64,000 nucleotides of DNA from Candidatus Heimdallarchaeota archaeon (GTDB taxonomy: Archaea > Asgardarchaeota > Heimdallarchaeia > Heimdallarchaeales > Heimdallarchaeaceae). Under the pieces are notes generated by a model. That model saw only the letters and a list, made by a program, of their open reading frames with translations. It made no database searches and had not been told where the DNA came from. Position 1 is the stretch's first letter, and each line of letters begins with the position of its first letter. Below are positions 28,976 through 36,970 of the stretch, one piece after another. Where the stretch lies: assembly GCA_030603365.1 (NCBI GenBank), contig JAUVXV010000003.1:96001-160000 (forward strand), given 5' to 3'. A program made the position numbers and the translations under genes.

Positions 28976-30346
28976 ATGCGTTCACCTCGTCGAAGTATAA
29001 TCGGGAGTTATCGTTATAGTGTAGTCATAAAGCCTACAAAGGCAGAATATAGTGATTCTATGTCTGGAGTATTGGAACTTTATGACGGAAAACATGTTAT
29101 AGAGACTCATAAATTTGATACTTTTGATCAATTAGCTTCAACTATAATCAATTACTGGGAGAAAAAACTTGGTTCAGATGTTAATGTTCATAGATTTTCT
29201 AACTGGTTATCTGAATATTTCTCTGATATAGGAATAACTAACATTAATTTTTACCAGATGCTAGAAACAGTAATAGGTTTAGGTCAAGGAGTTGCTCTGC
29301 AATCTTCGGGAGTAGCAATTCGAGAGGCTAAAGTAATTCAAGAATACTTAGGGTCAACAGATGATGAGGTAGAAAAAGCGGTTAAACTACAAGCAGTAGG
29401 AACATTTGTGGATGTTCGTGGAGAAGGTATGGAACCTGTACCCGAGAAGTTGAGACCAGAAGAACCTCCAACAGATACTGTTCTCAAACCTAGCGAGATT
29501 TTCAAGACAGCTGAAACCATTTCTCCAGTTGTAACTCATTTACCAACTGTAAAGGAGGAAGAAAAAGAAAAACCAGCCCCACCAACAAATACTTTACTTA
29601 AACCTAGTGAAGTTTTGAAAGAAAGAGATTCGGTGGTTTTTGCTGAAGAACCTTCTAAAGCTCCTACTCAAGTTTCAGGTGATCCAGTTATTACGGCACC
29701 TACAGAAAAAACTACTCGAGATACTCCTCCTACCGATTCATTACTTAAGCCTAGTGAGTATCTCAAGAAAAGAGAAACCATTGAGGTCATATTTGAAATT
29801 GATATAAAACCTAGTACTATTCCAGAAGAAAAAAAAATTAAATCTGTGATAGGAGAATCAAAGACAATTTTAACACATCAAAAGCTGAAACCACCTTCAG
29901 AGATTTTGTTGAAACCAAGTGAATCGATTACAGAAATAGAAGAAAGATCACTAAAACCACCTATTAGAATAGATCCTGAAGTAAAGAAAATCCCCTCTCC
30001 CCCTTTATCTGAGAAAGTTGAATCTGATGAAGATGAAATCAAATCAGAAATAGATGAATCTGGAAAAGAAGTTATTGATTTTGAGATAGAAGTTAAAGCA
30101 GAAAAAGAACCTTTAGAGGTAACATTCAGAGAAATTAAAACCATTGATAAATTAAGGGTAACAGATATAATGGGTGTAGGTGATAAAATTGCAATGTTGC
30201 TTAAAGAAGGGGGATTTGATAGTATCCAAAAAATAATGGAAACTACACCTGAAAAACTTAGCAAACTTAGAGGTATTGGAGTAACTACTGCAAAGAAATT
30301 AATTTACGGAGCGAAAGCTTTGGTGAAAAGGGAAGTAGAAGAATAA
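28976..30346 (+). CDS. protein with disordered LKPSE-repeat region and C-terminal helix-hairpin-helix pair
   Basis: PPT-x-[TS]-[LV]LKPSE repeats; IMGVGDKIA and LRGIGVTTA HhH motifs. Confidence 0.75.
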   Translation: MRSPRRSIIGSYRYSVVIKPTKAEYSDSMSGVLELYDGKHVIETHKFDTFDQLASTIINYWEKKLGSDVNVHRFSNWLSEYFSDIGITNINFYQMLETVIGLGQGVALQSSGVAIREAKVIQEYLGSTDDEVEKAVKLQAVGTFVDVRGEGMEPVPEKLRPEEPPTDTVLKPSEIFKTAETISPVVTHLPTVKEEEKEKPAPPTNTLLKPSEVLKERDSVVFAEEPSKAPTQVSGDPVITAPTEKTTRDTPPTDSLLKPSEYLKKRETIEVIFEIDIKPSTIPEEKKIKSVIGESKTILTHQKLKPPSEILLKPSESITEIEERSLKPPIRIDPEVKKIPSPPLSEKVESDEDEIKSEIDESGKEVIDFEIEVKAEKEPLEVTFREIKTIDKLRVTDIMGVGDKIAMLLKEGGFDSIQKIMETTPEKLSKLRGIGVTTAKKLIYGAKALVKREVEE

Positions 30347-30435
30347 TTGCTATTTCCCATTTTTTTATTATCAAATCTTTCTATTTTTCAAGGAAAATGT
30401 TATTTATGGTATAAAGAACTGCTATTTGTAGATTA

Positions 30436-30966
30436 ATGAGCTTACCTTACATTATTCAAGTAATTGGATATTCGCAATCTGGAAAAACAACTTTGATTAC
30501 AGAATTAGTTAAGTTGCTTAAGAAAGAAAATATTTCATCTTTAACAATAAAATCTGCAAGATCTCATCCTTATGAATATTCTACCAAAGATTCAGATAAA
30601 TTCTTAGAATCTGGAGCCCAAACCTCTGTGGTAATCTTCAGTAATGTTACTCAAATATCATCTAATCAACAATTGAATGTTGAAGTTGTCATAGAAGCAT
30701 CTGAAAAGTTATCAGATTTCGATATTGTTCTTATTGAAGGTTTTAAAGAATTGAAATATCCTAAAATACTTGTTTTTAGCGAAAAAATTCCTGACACAAC
30801 TGAAATAGATTTTATGACCATTAGATATTTATATTCACCAGAAGAAAAGGAATTTGATAAATCTACAATAGTAAATGATTTGATAAAACAAAGTAATGTG
30901 TTTTTAGCTTTCAGTATAGAAGAATTAACTTCCAAGATCATTTTCGATTTGGAGAGTAGAGGATAA
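30436..30966 (+). CDS. mobB: molybdopterin-guanine dinucleotide biosynthesis protein B
   Basis: GYSQSGKTT, KDS..F...GA, DIVLIEGFK..PKI. Confidence 0.9.
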   Translation: MSLPYIIQVIGYSQSGKTTLITELVKLLKKENISSLTIKSARSHPYEYSTKDSDKFLESGAQTSVVIFSNVTQISSNQQLNVEVVIEASEKLSDFDIVLIEGFKELKYPKILVFSEKIPDTTEIDFMTIRYLYSPEEKEFDKSTIVNDLIKQSNVFLAFSIEELTSKIIFDLESRG

Positions 30967-30969
30967 TCT

Positions 30970-32076
30970 ATGCACAATTCAATTCGTAATCTCCTAGAAG
31001 AAGTTGGTAGGAATACATCTAAGCATAAAAAGGCAGAAGAACACATAACAGGTTTAATCTGTGGTTTTAATAAGGAGCATCAGGATAAGGAAACATTCCT
31101 TACATATCAAATGCGTTTTATTAGAAAATACGTTAAAGAATTAATAGTTTCACTTCCAAAGAATTATGAAATACAAGACTTAAGTTTAAAGAATGAGATT
31201 AAGGATTCCAATGTAAAAATTGTTGAAAGAGAAGAAAAAGAGACTCCTTACTCATCCTCAGCATTTGATTGTCTTGTTCAGAAGAGTTTAAACAATCGAA
31301 TACTATTTTTGCCATTTGATTTCGAAATTTCAAACATTAAGATTGAAAATCTTATTTCTCAAAATTATCCTCTTATCACATATCTAGGTGTACTTGGGAA
31401 TTTTTTCCCTTATTTAGGTGCCATAGACAAATGGAATAATCGTTTTAATTTACAGTTGATTCGTTTCTGCAAAAAAGAAAACCTTGATGATTTCTATAGA
31501 ATTAGTTCAAATGTAACATTTTTCAAACTTATCAAGCAAGATAAAATATTAAGAAAAAGCTTAGTTTCGAATGACTTGTTGAGTACACTAAGGAGCCAAG
31601 AGATAGATTCTTTCTTTCCTTTTAAAATTCAATATCCTCTTGATGAACAAGCGATGGTTAAACTAATAGCCTTGATGCATATTCTACAGAAAGAAATTAC
31701 TGAAAAACAAGAAATATCTTCTTCATTTAAAGTTCAACAATTACTTACTTTGAGTCATCGTTTTGCTAGTTTTGGACATAATTTTCTAGCTTACCAGGCT
31801 TTTCTGTTTCTGATAAAAAGATCAGAATATAATATTAAATTTCCATTAGACTGGTCTATGGAAAAGGTGCTTGAACAATCAAGAAGGTTACTTCTTGAGG
31901 AATCAAGAATATTTGCTGAAAGGGGATTAGAACGATTAAGATTTATATGTTTAAATGATTTAATTTCTTTGGATTTAGTGAAAAATCAGGACAGGGAGTG
32001 GATACTAAAAGAGATTCCCAAGATTAAAGAGAATCTACAAAAAGATAATATTGAATACTATTTTGAGCAAGATTAA
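30970..32076 (+). CDS. hypothetical protein, possibly degenerate MobA-like N-terminus plus helical C-terminus
   Basis: 3 bp after mobB; GLICG....DK and ILFLPFDF echo the MobA motifs. Confidence 0.5.
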   Translation: MHNSIRNLLEEVGRNTSKHKKAEEHITGLICGFNKEHQDKETFLTYQMRFIRKYVKELIVSLPKNYEIQDLSLKNEIKDSNVKIVEREEKETPYSSSAFDCLVQKSLNNRILFLPFDFEISNIKIENLISQNYPLITYLGVLGNFFPYLGAIDKWNNRFNLQLIRFCKKENLDDFYRISSNVTFFKLIKQDKILRKSLVSNDLLSTLRSQEIDSFFPFKIQYPLDEQAMVKLIALMHILQKEITEKQEISSSFKVQQLLTLSHRFASFGHNFLAYQAFLFLIKRSEYNIKFPLDWSMEKVLEQSRRLLLEESRIFAERGLERLRFICLNDLISLDLVKNQDREWILKEIPKIKENLQKDNIEYYFEQD

Positions 32077-32125
32077 AGAAAATTCATACGAATTATATTT
32101 ATTTGCCTATTTTCAAGTTATATCT

Positions 32126-32938
32126 ATGGAGCCAGTATATCTAAGAAGCAATATCCCATTCCTAAAAAGCACTCAACCTTTAATAATGGCTCATAGATGA
32201 CGAAGTGCGTTTACACCTGAGAGTTCTTTTCAATCTTTCAAGGAAGCATATGATCTTAAAGTCGATGTTTTAGAAACCGATATTAGATTAACTAAGGACA
32301 ATATTCCAATCGTCTTCCATGATGAAACACTTGATAGAACAACTAATGGAAAGGGTAAAATCAGAGATCATTCTTTTGAAGATTTACATGATATTAATCT
32401 AGGTTACATGTTTAAGGATGAAAAAACAGGAGATTATTCTTACAGGGTTAAGAATTATAAGATTCTTTCTTTGGCAGATTTTTTTGATAAATTTCCAAAT
32501 ATTAAGGTGACTATAGATATTAAAGATGAAATCAGAGAAGCTCCAAATGTAATTCTAGAAGTAATTAGAGAGTCTGGTGCAGAAAATAGAGTGATGATTG
32601 GTTCTTTTCATCACAAACAACTTGTTAGATTTAGAACTCTAAGCATTAATCTATCAATTCCAACAAGTGCTAGTCCAAAAGAGGTCTTAATTTTTATATT
32701 TCACCTCACTAAATTGAAAAAAAGAAATTATTGTGCTTTGCAAGTGCCTATGAATTATGGTTGGTTACAAATAGTAACTGAGAATAATGTTAAGAGAGCA
32801 CATAAGTTAGATTTAGCTGTTCATCCTTGGACGATTAATAATGGAAATGAAATTAGACAATTACTAGACTGGAATATAGATGGGATTTTCACTGATGATC
32901 CCGAGTTATTAATCCAAATAATGAAAGCTAAACTGTAA
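32126..32938 (+). pseudogene. glycerophosphodiester phosphodiesterase (GDPD) with in-frame TGA at 32198-32200
   Basis: IMAHR*RSAFTPE...ETDIRLTKD..PIVFHD..LDRTT is in frame with the 32408 ORF (IDIK, WTIN, GIFTDDP). Confidence 0.85.
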
Positions 32939-33773
32939 AATGCTGAATTAGTTTTTGTATTTCATCTTCAGGTATCTTGACTTCTCCGAAAATAGCTTTG
33001 TGATCATGAAGATCTGAACCTCCTGTCATGAGAAGATCATTTTTCTTGCAAAATTTTTCAAGAAAAAGAATGCCATTTTTTACCGTTCTTTCTGAAAGAT
33101 GTGGACAATGATAACTATAATTATAGTAAACTTCAATACCTTCTAAACCCCACGAGAGCAATAAATTCAAATAATATTCGAGTTTTTCAATATCCTCAAC
33201 TTCAACTAATAGAGGATGGGGGAGAATCGTTGTGCCTTTAGCTGAATGAATTATTTTTATCGCTTCTTCTGGTTCAATTGTTTCTCTTCTAACATATCCT
33301 GGTTTTCCTACTCCTAAGTATTTCTCAAAAGCTTCTTTCACAGTCTTAACATGACCATTTTCTACTAAAGCTCTAGCAAAGTGAGGTCTTCCTGCACTTA
33401 CTCCTTCACCTATTTGTTTCATTATATCCTCATAAGTAATGTCAATGTCAATTTCTTCTAGCCTAGCTATTACTTTGTGAATCCGCTGTTTTCTAGCCAT
33501 CTGTAGCAACTTAAGCTTTTGATTAAAATTCTTATGCAGAACATCAAAGTTATAACCAAGTATCTCTATTTTCTGCTTCTCATATCTTGATGATAGTTCT
33601 ATCCCTGTGAGATACATAAAAGAGAATTCTTCACTCTGTTCTTTTGCTATATTTGTTCCGTCGATAGTGTCATGATCAGTTATCGAAAATATGGTTAATT
33701 CCTTTTGTTGAGCAAATGATAAAAGTTCTTGAGGAGAAAATACTCCGTCTGAAAATGTAGAATGGCAGTGCAT
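32928..33773 (-). CDS. PHP-domain phosphoesterase (TrpH/YciV-like)
   Basis: HCHSTFSDG, ITDHDT, GIELS, GRPH, HP, GIEVYY, TGGSDLH. Confidence 0.9.
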   Translation of the reverse strand: MHCHSTFSDGVFSPQELLSFAQQKELTIFSITDHDTIDGTNIAKEQSEEFSFMYLTGIELSSRYEKQKIEILGYNFDVLHKNFNQKLKLLQMARKQRIHKVIARLEEIDIDITYEDIMKQIGEGVSAGRPHFARALVENGHVKTVKEAFEKYLGVGKPGYVRRETIEPEEAIKIIHSAKGTTILPHPLLVEVEDIEKLEYYLNLLLSWGLEGIEVYYNYSYHCPHLSERTVKNGILFLEKFCKKNDLLMTGGSDLHDHKAIFGEVKIPEDEIQKLIQHFTV

Positions 33774-33788
33774 ATCAATTTTCGTTTT

Positions 33789-34202
33789 TCACACCCTCAC
33801 CTTGAAAAGCTTCTGCGCAAGATTCTCTAGCTCAGAAAAGATTTGATAAACAATAAAGACAATTCCAAGCCCCCAAGCAAGACCAACCAATAAATAGCTG
33901 AACCATTGAACATTGCTTGTAAAATAGGTAATCATATACATAATAGCTTCTAATATAGCTAAAATTGGCAAAGTTGAATAGAGAAGAGGTAACCAGCTTA
34001 CTTTGCGATAAACAATGAGATTATCTCCATCTCCTTCAGTTTTATATTTGATATGAGCCATCGGAATAGCTATTTGGCAAGTAAGAATGATAAGATTATC
34101 TTCTCTTTTCTTCACTCTTAGAGTAGTTCTTTCTCTTGCAATTACATCTAACATATCAATAAATTCATGAGATTTTAATGCAAGGTATTCGAATTGTTTC
34201 AT
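33789..34202 (-). CDS. hypothetical membrane protein (two C-terminal TM helices)
   Basis: ORF within the pcp-PHP run; hydrophobic segments. Confidence 0.7.
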   Translation of the reverse strand: MKQFEYLALKSHEFIDMLDVIARERTTLRVKKREDNLIILTCQIAIPMAHIKYKTEGDGDNLIVYRKVSWLPLLYSTLPILAILEAIMYMITYFTSNVQWFSYLLVGLAWGLGIVFIVYQIFSELENLAQKLFKVRV

Positions 34203-34209
34203 ATTATTC

Positions 34210-34839
34210 TCACTCTACTTGTGATTCAAGTTCATCTAATGTGGTTCTAATAATGATTTCCAAAGCTTTAACTATTAAATCCAAAGACATGGATGGAGTC
34301 TTCTTCCCAATTACTTGTTCTGGAAGAGAAGGTATATGTACAAAACCTGCTAGTCTCTTATAATTTTTTAGATTTATAAGATACATTAAATGGTAAAATA
34401 TTTGATTGCATCCATAAGTTCCTGCAGAATTTGAAATTTCAGTTGGAATTTTGTTTCTTTCTAGTTCATTTTTGATTTTTCGAATTGGAAGAGTGCTAAA
34501 ATATCCAGCAGCACCAGTTTCTTCTAAAATCATATTATTCGGTTTTGCTCCACAATTATATGCGGTTTTTATTACATCTGCCATATTTATTGCAATTCTC
34601 TCTAAAGATATCACACTACGAGTAGATTGACCTGTGCAAATAATGACTTGAGGTTCTTCCTTTTCAACTATTAATTCCAATGTTTCTTTAATTTCGTTGA
34701 ATCTTAAAGGAATTTTGTGAACAGAAATTTCATATCCTCTAATTGTTCTTTTTGAGATTTTTTGACTTGCTAGAATGGAGGGATTTATGTCAGATCCTCC
34801 AAAGGGTTCAAAACCTGTAAGAATTACTTTTTTCACCAT
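34210..34839 (-). CDS. pcp: pyroglutamyl-peptidase I
   Basis: LTGFEPFGG..INPS, LERIAIN, SAGTYGCN, GFVHIP. Confidence 0.95.
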   Translation of the reverse strand: MVKKVILTGFEPFGGSDINPSILASQKISKRTIRGYEISVHKIPLRFNEIKETLELIVEKEEPQVIICTGQSTRSVISLERIAINMADVIKTAYNCGAKPNNMILEETGAAGYFSTLPIRKIKNELERNKIPTEISNSAGTYGCNQIFYHLMYLINLKNYKRLAGFVHIPSLPEQVIGKKTPSMSLDLIVKALEIIIRTTLDELESQVE

Positions 34840-34881
34840 TTAAATCATCTTACTAGGGATTATATTGTTTGTTCCCACCAG

Positions 34882-34902
34882 AAGATAGATGATAACTATC
34901 TT
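34882..34902. promoter_or_regulatory. inverted repeat in divergent promoter region
   Basis: AAGATAG-N7-CTATCTT. Confidence 0.35.
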
Positions 34903-35021
34903 AAAAAATCTATGCAATTTAAACTCAGGTGCTTTACATAGGGATATTTCAAATTTTCATTTCAATCTAAAGACTTTTAAAACAGATTTTCTCTTTTCAG
35001 TCTGTCAAATAGGTGTCATAA

Positions 35022-36011
35022 ATGACCAAAAGTGAGCTACTAAAATTAGCTGGTATTGGACCTAAAGCTGCAAAAACGCTAGAAGATTGTGGTTACAATA
35101 CTATAGAAAAAATAGCTAAAACTACAGCTGATGAGTTATCAGAATTACCGGGTATAGGAAAAGCAACTGCTGAAAAATTAATTCAAAGTGCAAAGGAAAT
35201 GGTTCCTGCAGCTAAACCTGCAGCTAAACCTACTGCTAAAATCCCTACTGCTAAAATCCCTACTGCTAAAAAGCCTACTGCTAAAAAGCCTACTGCTAAA
35301 AAGCCTACTGCTAAAATCCCTACTGCTAAAAAGCCTACTGCTAAAATCCCTACTGCTAAAAAGCCTACTGCTAAAATCCCAACAGCCAAGAAAGAAATCT
35401 TAAAGGAAACAATTCCAAAGCCAATAACTGTTAAAGCCGCTACAAAACCCGTTGCTAAACCTTCCGAACCTCTGCCTTCCGTTAAGAAACCCGCTGCTAA
35501 ACCTGCTGCTAAACCCGTTGCTAAACCTCCAGCAAAACCCGTTGCTAAACCTCCAGCAAAGAAACCTGTAGCCATAACACCTGCTGCTAGAACCGTTACT
35601 AAAAAGCCTGCTGCTTATGCGAAACCAAAAATTTCGAATGCTGCAAAACGTGCAATTGAATTAGCTCCTGAGATGAGAATTATTAAACAAAAAAGAGCAG
35701 GTAAAAAAACTAAAGTAGTCAAGAAAGAGAAGATTTCTCAAACTTATGGGATTGTCAACAGTATTGTACATGACCGTACAGGAAAATCATCTAATAGATC
35801 AATAGTTGTGAAGCTTTATAATACAGAAATTCCTCTTCCTAAATATCTGGGAAGGAAAGTTACTGTGTCTTTTCCAAATTCATCTAAACAACTTACAGGT
35901 GTAGTTTCCAAGATTCATGGAAAAAAATCCTCAGTGGATAAGACTATAATAATAAGGTTCAAGCAAGGAGTAAGTCCTCATATTATTACTGGCAGAGCTA
36001 TATTTGCATAA
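35022..36011 (+). CDS. HhH domain + Lys/Pro/Ala-rich repeat + ribosomal protein L35Ae (eL33)-like domain
   Basis: LAGIGPKAA and LPGIGKATA HhH motifs; PTAK[KI] repeats; C-terminal YLGRKV..LTGVVSKIHG....IRFKQG. Confidence 0.75.
   Translation: MTKSELLKLAGIGPKAAKTLEDCGYNTIEKIAKTTADELSELPGIGKATAEKLIQSAKEMVPAAKPAAKPTAKIPTAKIPTAKKPTAKKPTAKKPTAKIPTAKKPTAKIPTAKKPTAKIPTAKKEILKETIPKPITVKAATKPVAKPSEPLPSVKKPAAKPAAKPVAKPPAKPVAKPPAKKPVAITPAARTVTKKPAAYAKPKISNAAKRAIELAPEMRIIKQKRAGKKTKVVKKEKISQTYGIVNSIVHDRTGKSSNRSIVVKLYNTEIPLPKYLGRKVTVSFPNSSKQLTGVVSKIHGKKSSVDKTIIIRFKQGVSPHIITGRAIFA
35229..35393 (+). repeat. 15-bp coding tandem repeat CCTACTGCTAAAA(TC/AG), 10 copies plus 1 degenerate
   Basis: Read directly from the sequence; encodes PTAKI/PTAKK. 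Confidence 0.95.
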
Positions 36012-36052
36012 TCATCCTATAATTTTAAAAGGGATGATTCTATTATTTTCAT

Positions 36053-36418
36053 ATGGTAAGGAAAAGAGATTTAATAACCTCTGCAAGAATTGTCTCTTAC
36101 ATAGGAGGAGTTCTTTATATTCTGGGAGCTGCTTTATTATTCCTTAACCACTTTATACCAGCTTTTGAGTTAGGATATGTTGGAACACGAGTAATAATCT
36201 ACTTATTTGGTTTATCTTTTAATGGTGATATTCTAGTTCTTGCCATAGTTGGAGTAGTAATAGGTGGCGGTATAATCATCTTACTAGGAGCAGAAACCTC
36301 ACATCTTCTTACAGGAATTCTTCTAATTGTACTAGCTGCTATAGGACTTGGAATTCCTGCAATACCAACTTTTGCTGGTGCAATATTATATCTGATAGCT
36401 TATACAAAGAAACGTTAA
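36053..36418 (+). CDS. small multi-TM membrane protein, paralogue 1
   Basis: Gly-rich hydrophobic protein; GILLIVLAAIGLGIPAI..AGAILYLIA. Confidence 0.8.
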   Translation: MVRKRDLITSARIVSYIGGVLYILGAALLFLNHFIPAFELGYVGTRVIIYLFGLSFNGDILVLAIVGVVIGGGIIILLGAETSHLLTGILLIVLAAIGLGIPAIPTFAGAILYLIAYTKKR

Positions 36419-36536
36419 GAAAAAGTCCTTCAAATTACTCCCTATCTTTTAATTAGTTTTTCATCTGTGAATCCATTGAGAGATGTCTTAGAAAAATAGA
36501 AAAAAATTTATATACAATCGATACAATCTCTTTTCC

Positions 36537-36893
36537 ATGGCAAGGAAATCATCATGGGCTACTTGGGGTAGAATCCTTGGTGCTATAGCAGGTATACTTT
36601 GGATTGTATCAGGTGTCCTACAACTTATTGGAGATATTCTTGGCGAGAGTTTTACAAATATAGTCAACACAGCTGCATGGCTTAATGGCCTTGGAGGAGT
36701 AATAACTGATTTAATTTATGCAATAGTAATTATTGTTATAGGTGTATTAGTTTTCTTATTAAGTGTTGGAAGATTTGGAATAAAATACCTCATCATAGGA
36801 ATTCTCTTGATTGTTTTTGCTATTATCGGAAGTGGACTTCCAGCAATTTTAGCTTTAATTGGTGGAATCTTCTACATAATAGCCGGAGTATAA
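36537..36893 (+). CDS. small multi-TM membrane protein, paralogue 2
   Basis: GILLIVFAIIGSGLPAI..IGGIFYIIA. Confidence 0.8.
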   Translation: MARKSSWATWGRILGAIAGILWIVSGVLQLIGDILGESFTNIVNTAAWLNGLGGVITDLIYAIVIIVIGVLVFLLSVGRFGIKYLIIGILLIVFAIIGSGLPAILALIGGIFYIIAGV

Positions 36894-36970
36894 TCAATCA
36901 ATATTCTTTTTTTTTCTTATTTATTTTACAATAGTTTTTATATTTTGGTTCTTCCATTTATTTGAAGAAC

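Noticed and set aside
32198-32200. TGA recoding (Sec, or genome-wide Gly/Trp)
   Set aside because: The position is a conserved Gly, not Cys, and TGA is a normal stop elsewhere (20910, 39940, 57535, 58902, 61520).
35229-35393. CRISPR array
   Set aside because: Contiguous 15-bp in-frame repeats with no spacers and no cas genes.
35183-35575. Alternative-frame ORFs (AVGIL repeat on minus, LLLKS repeat on plus)
   Set aside because: Artefacts of the stop-free tandem repeat inside the 35022 CDS.
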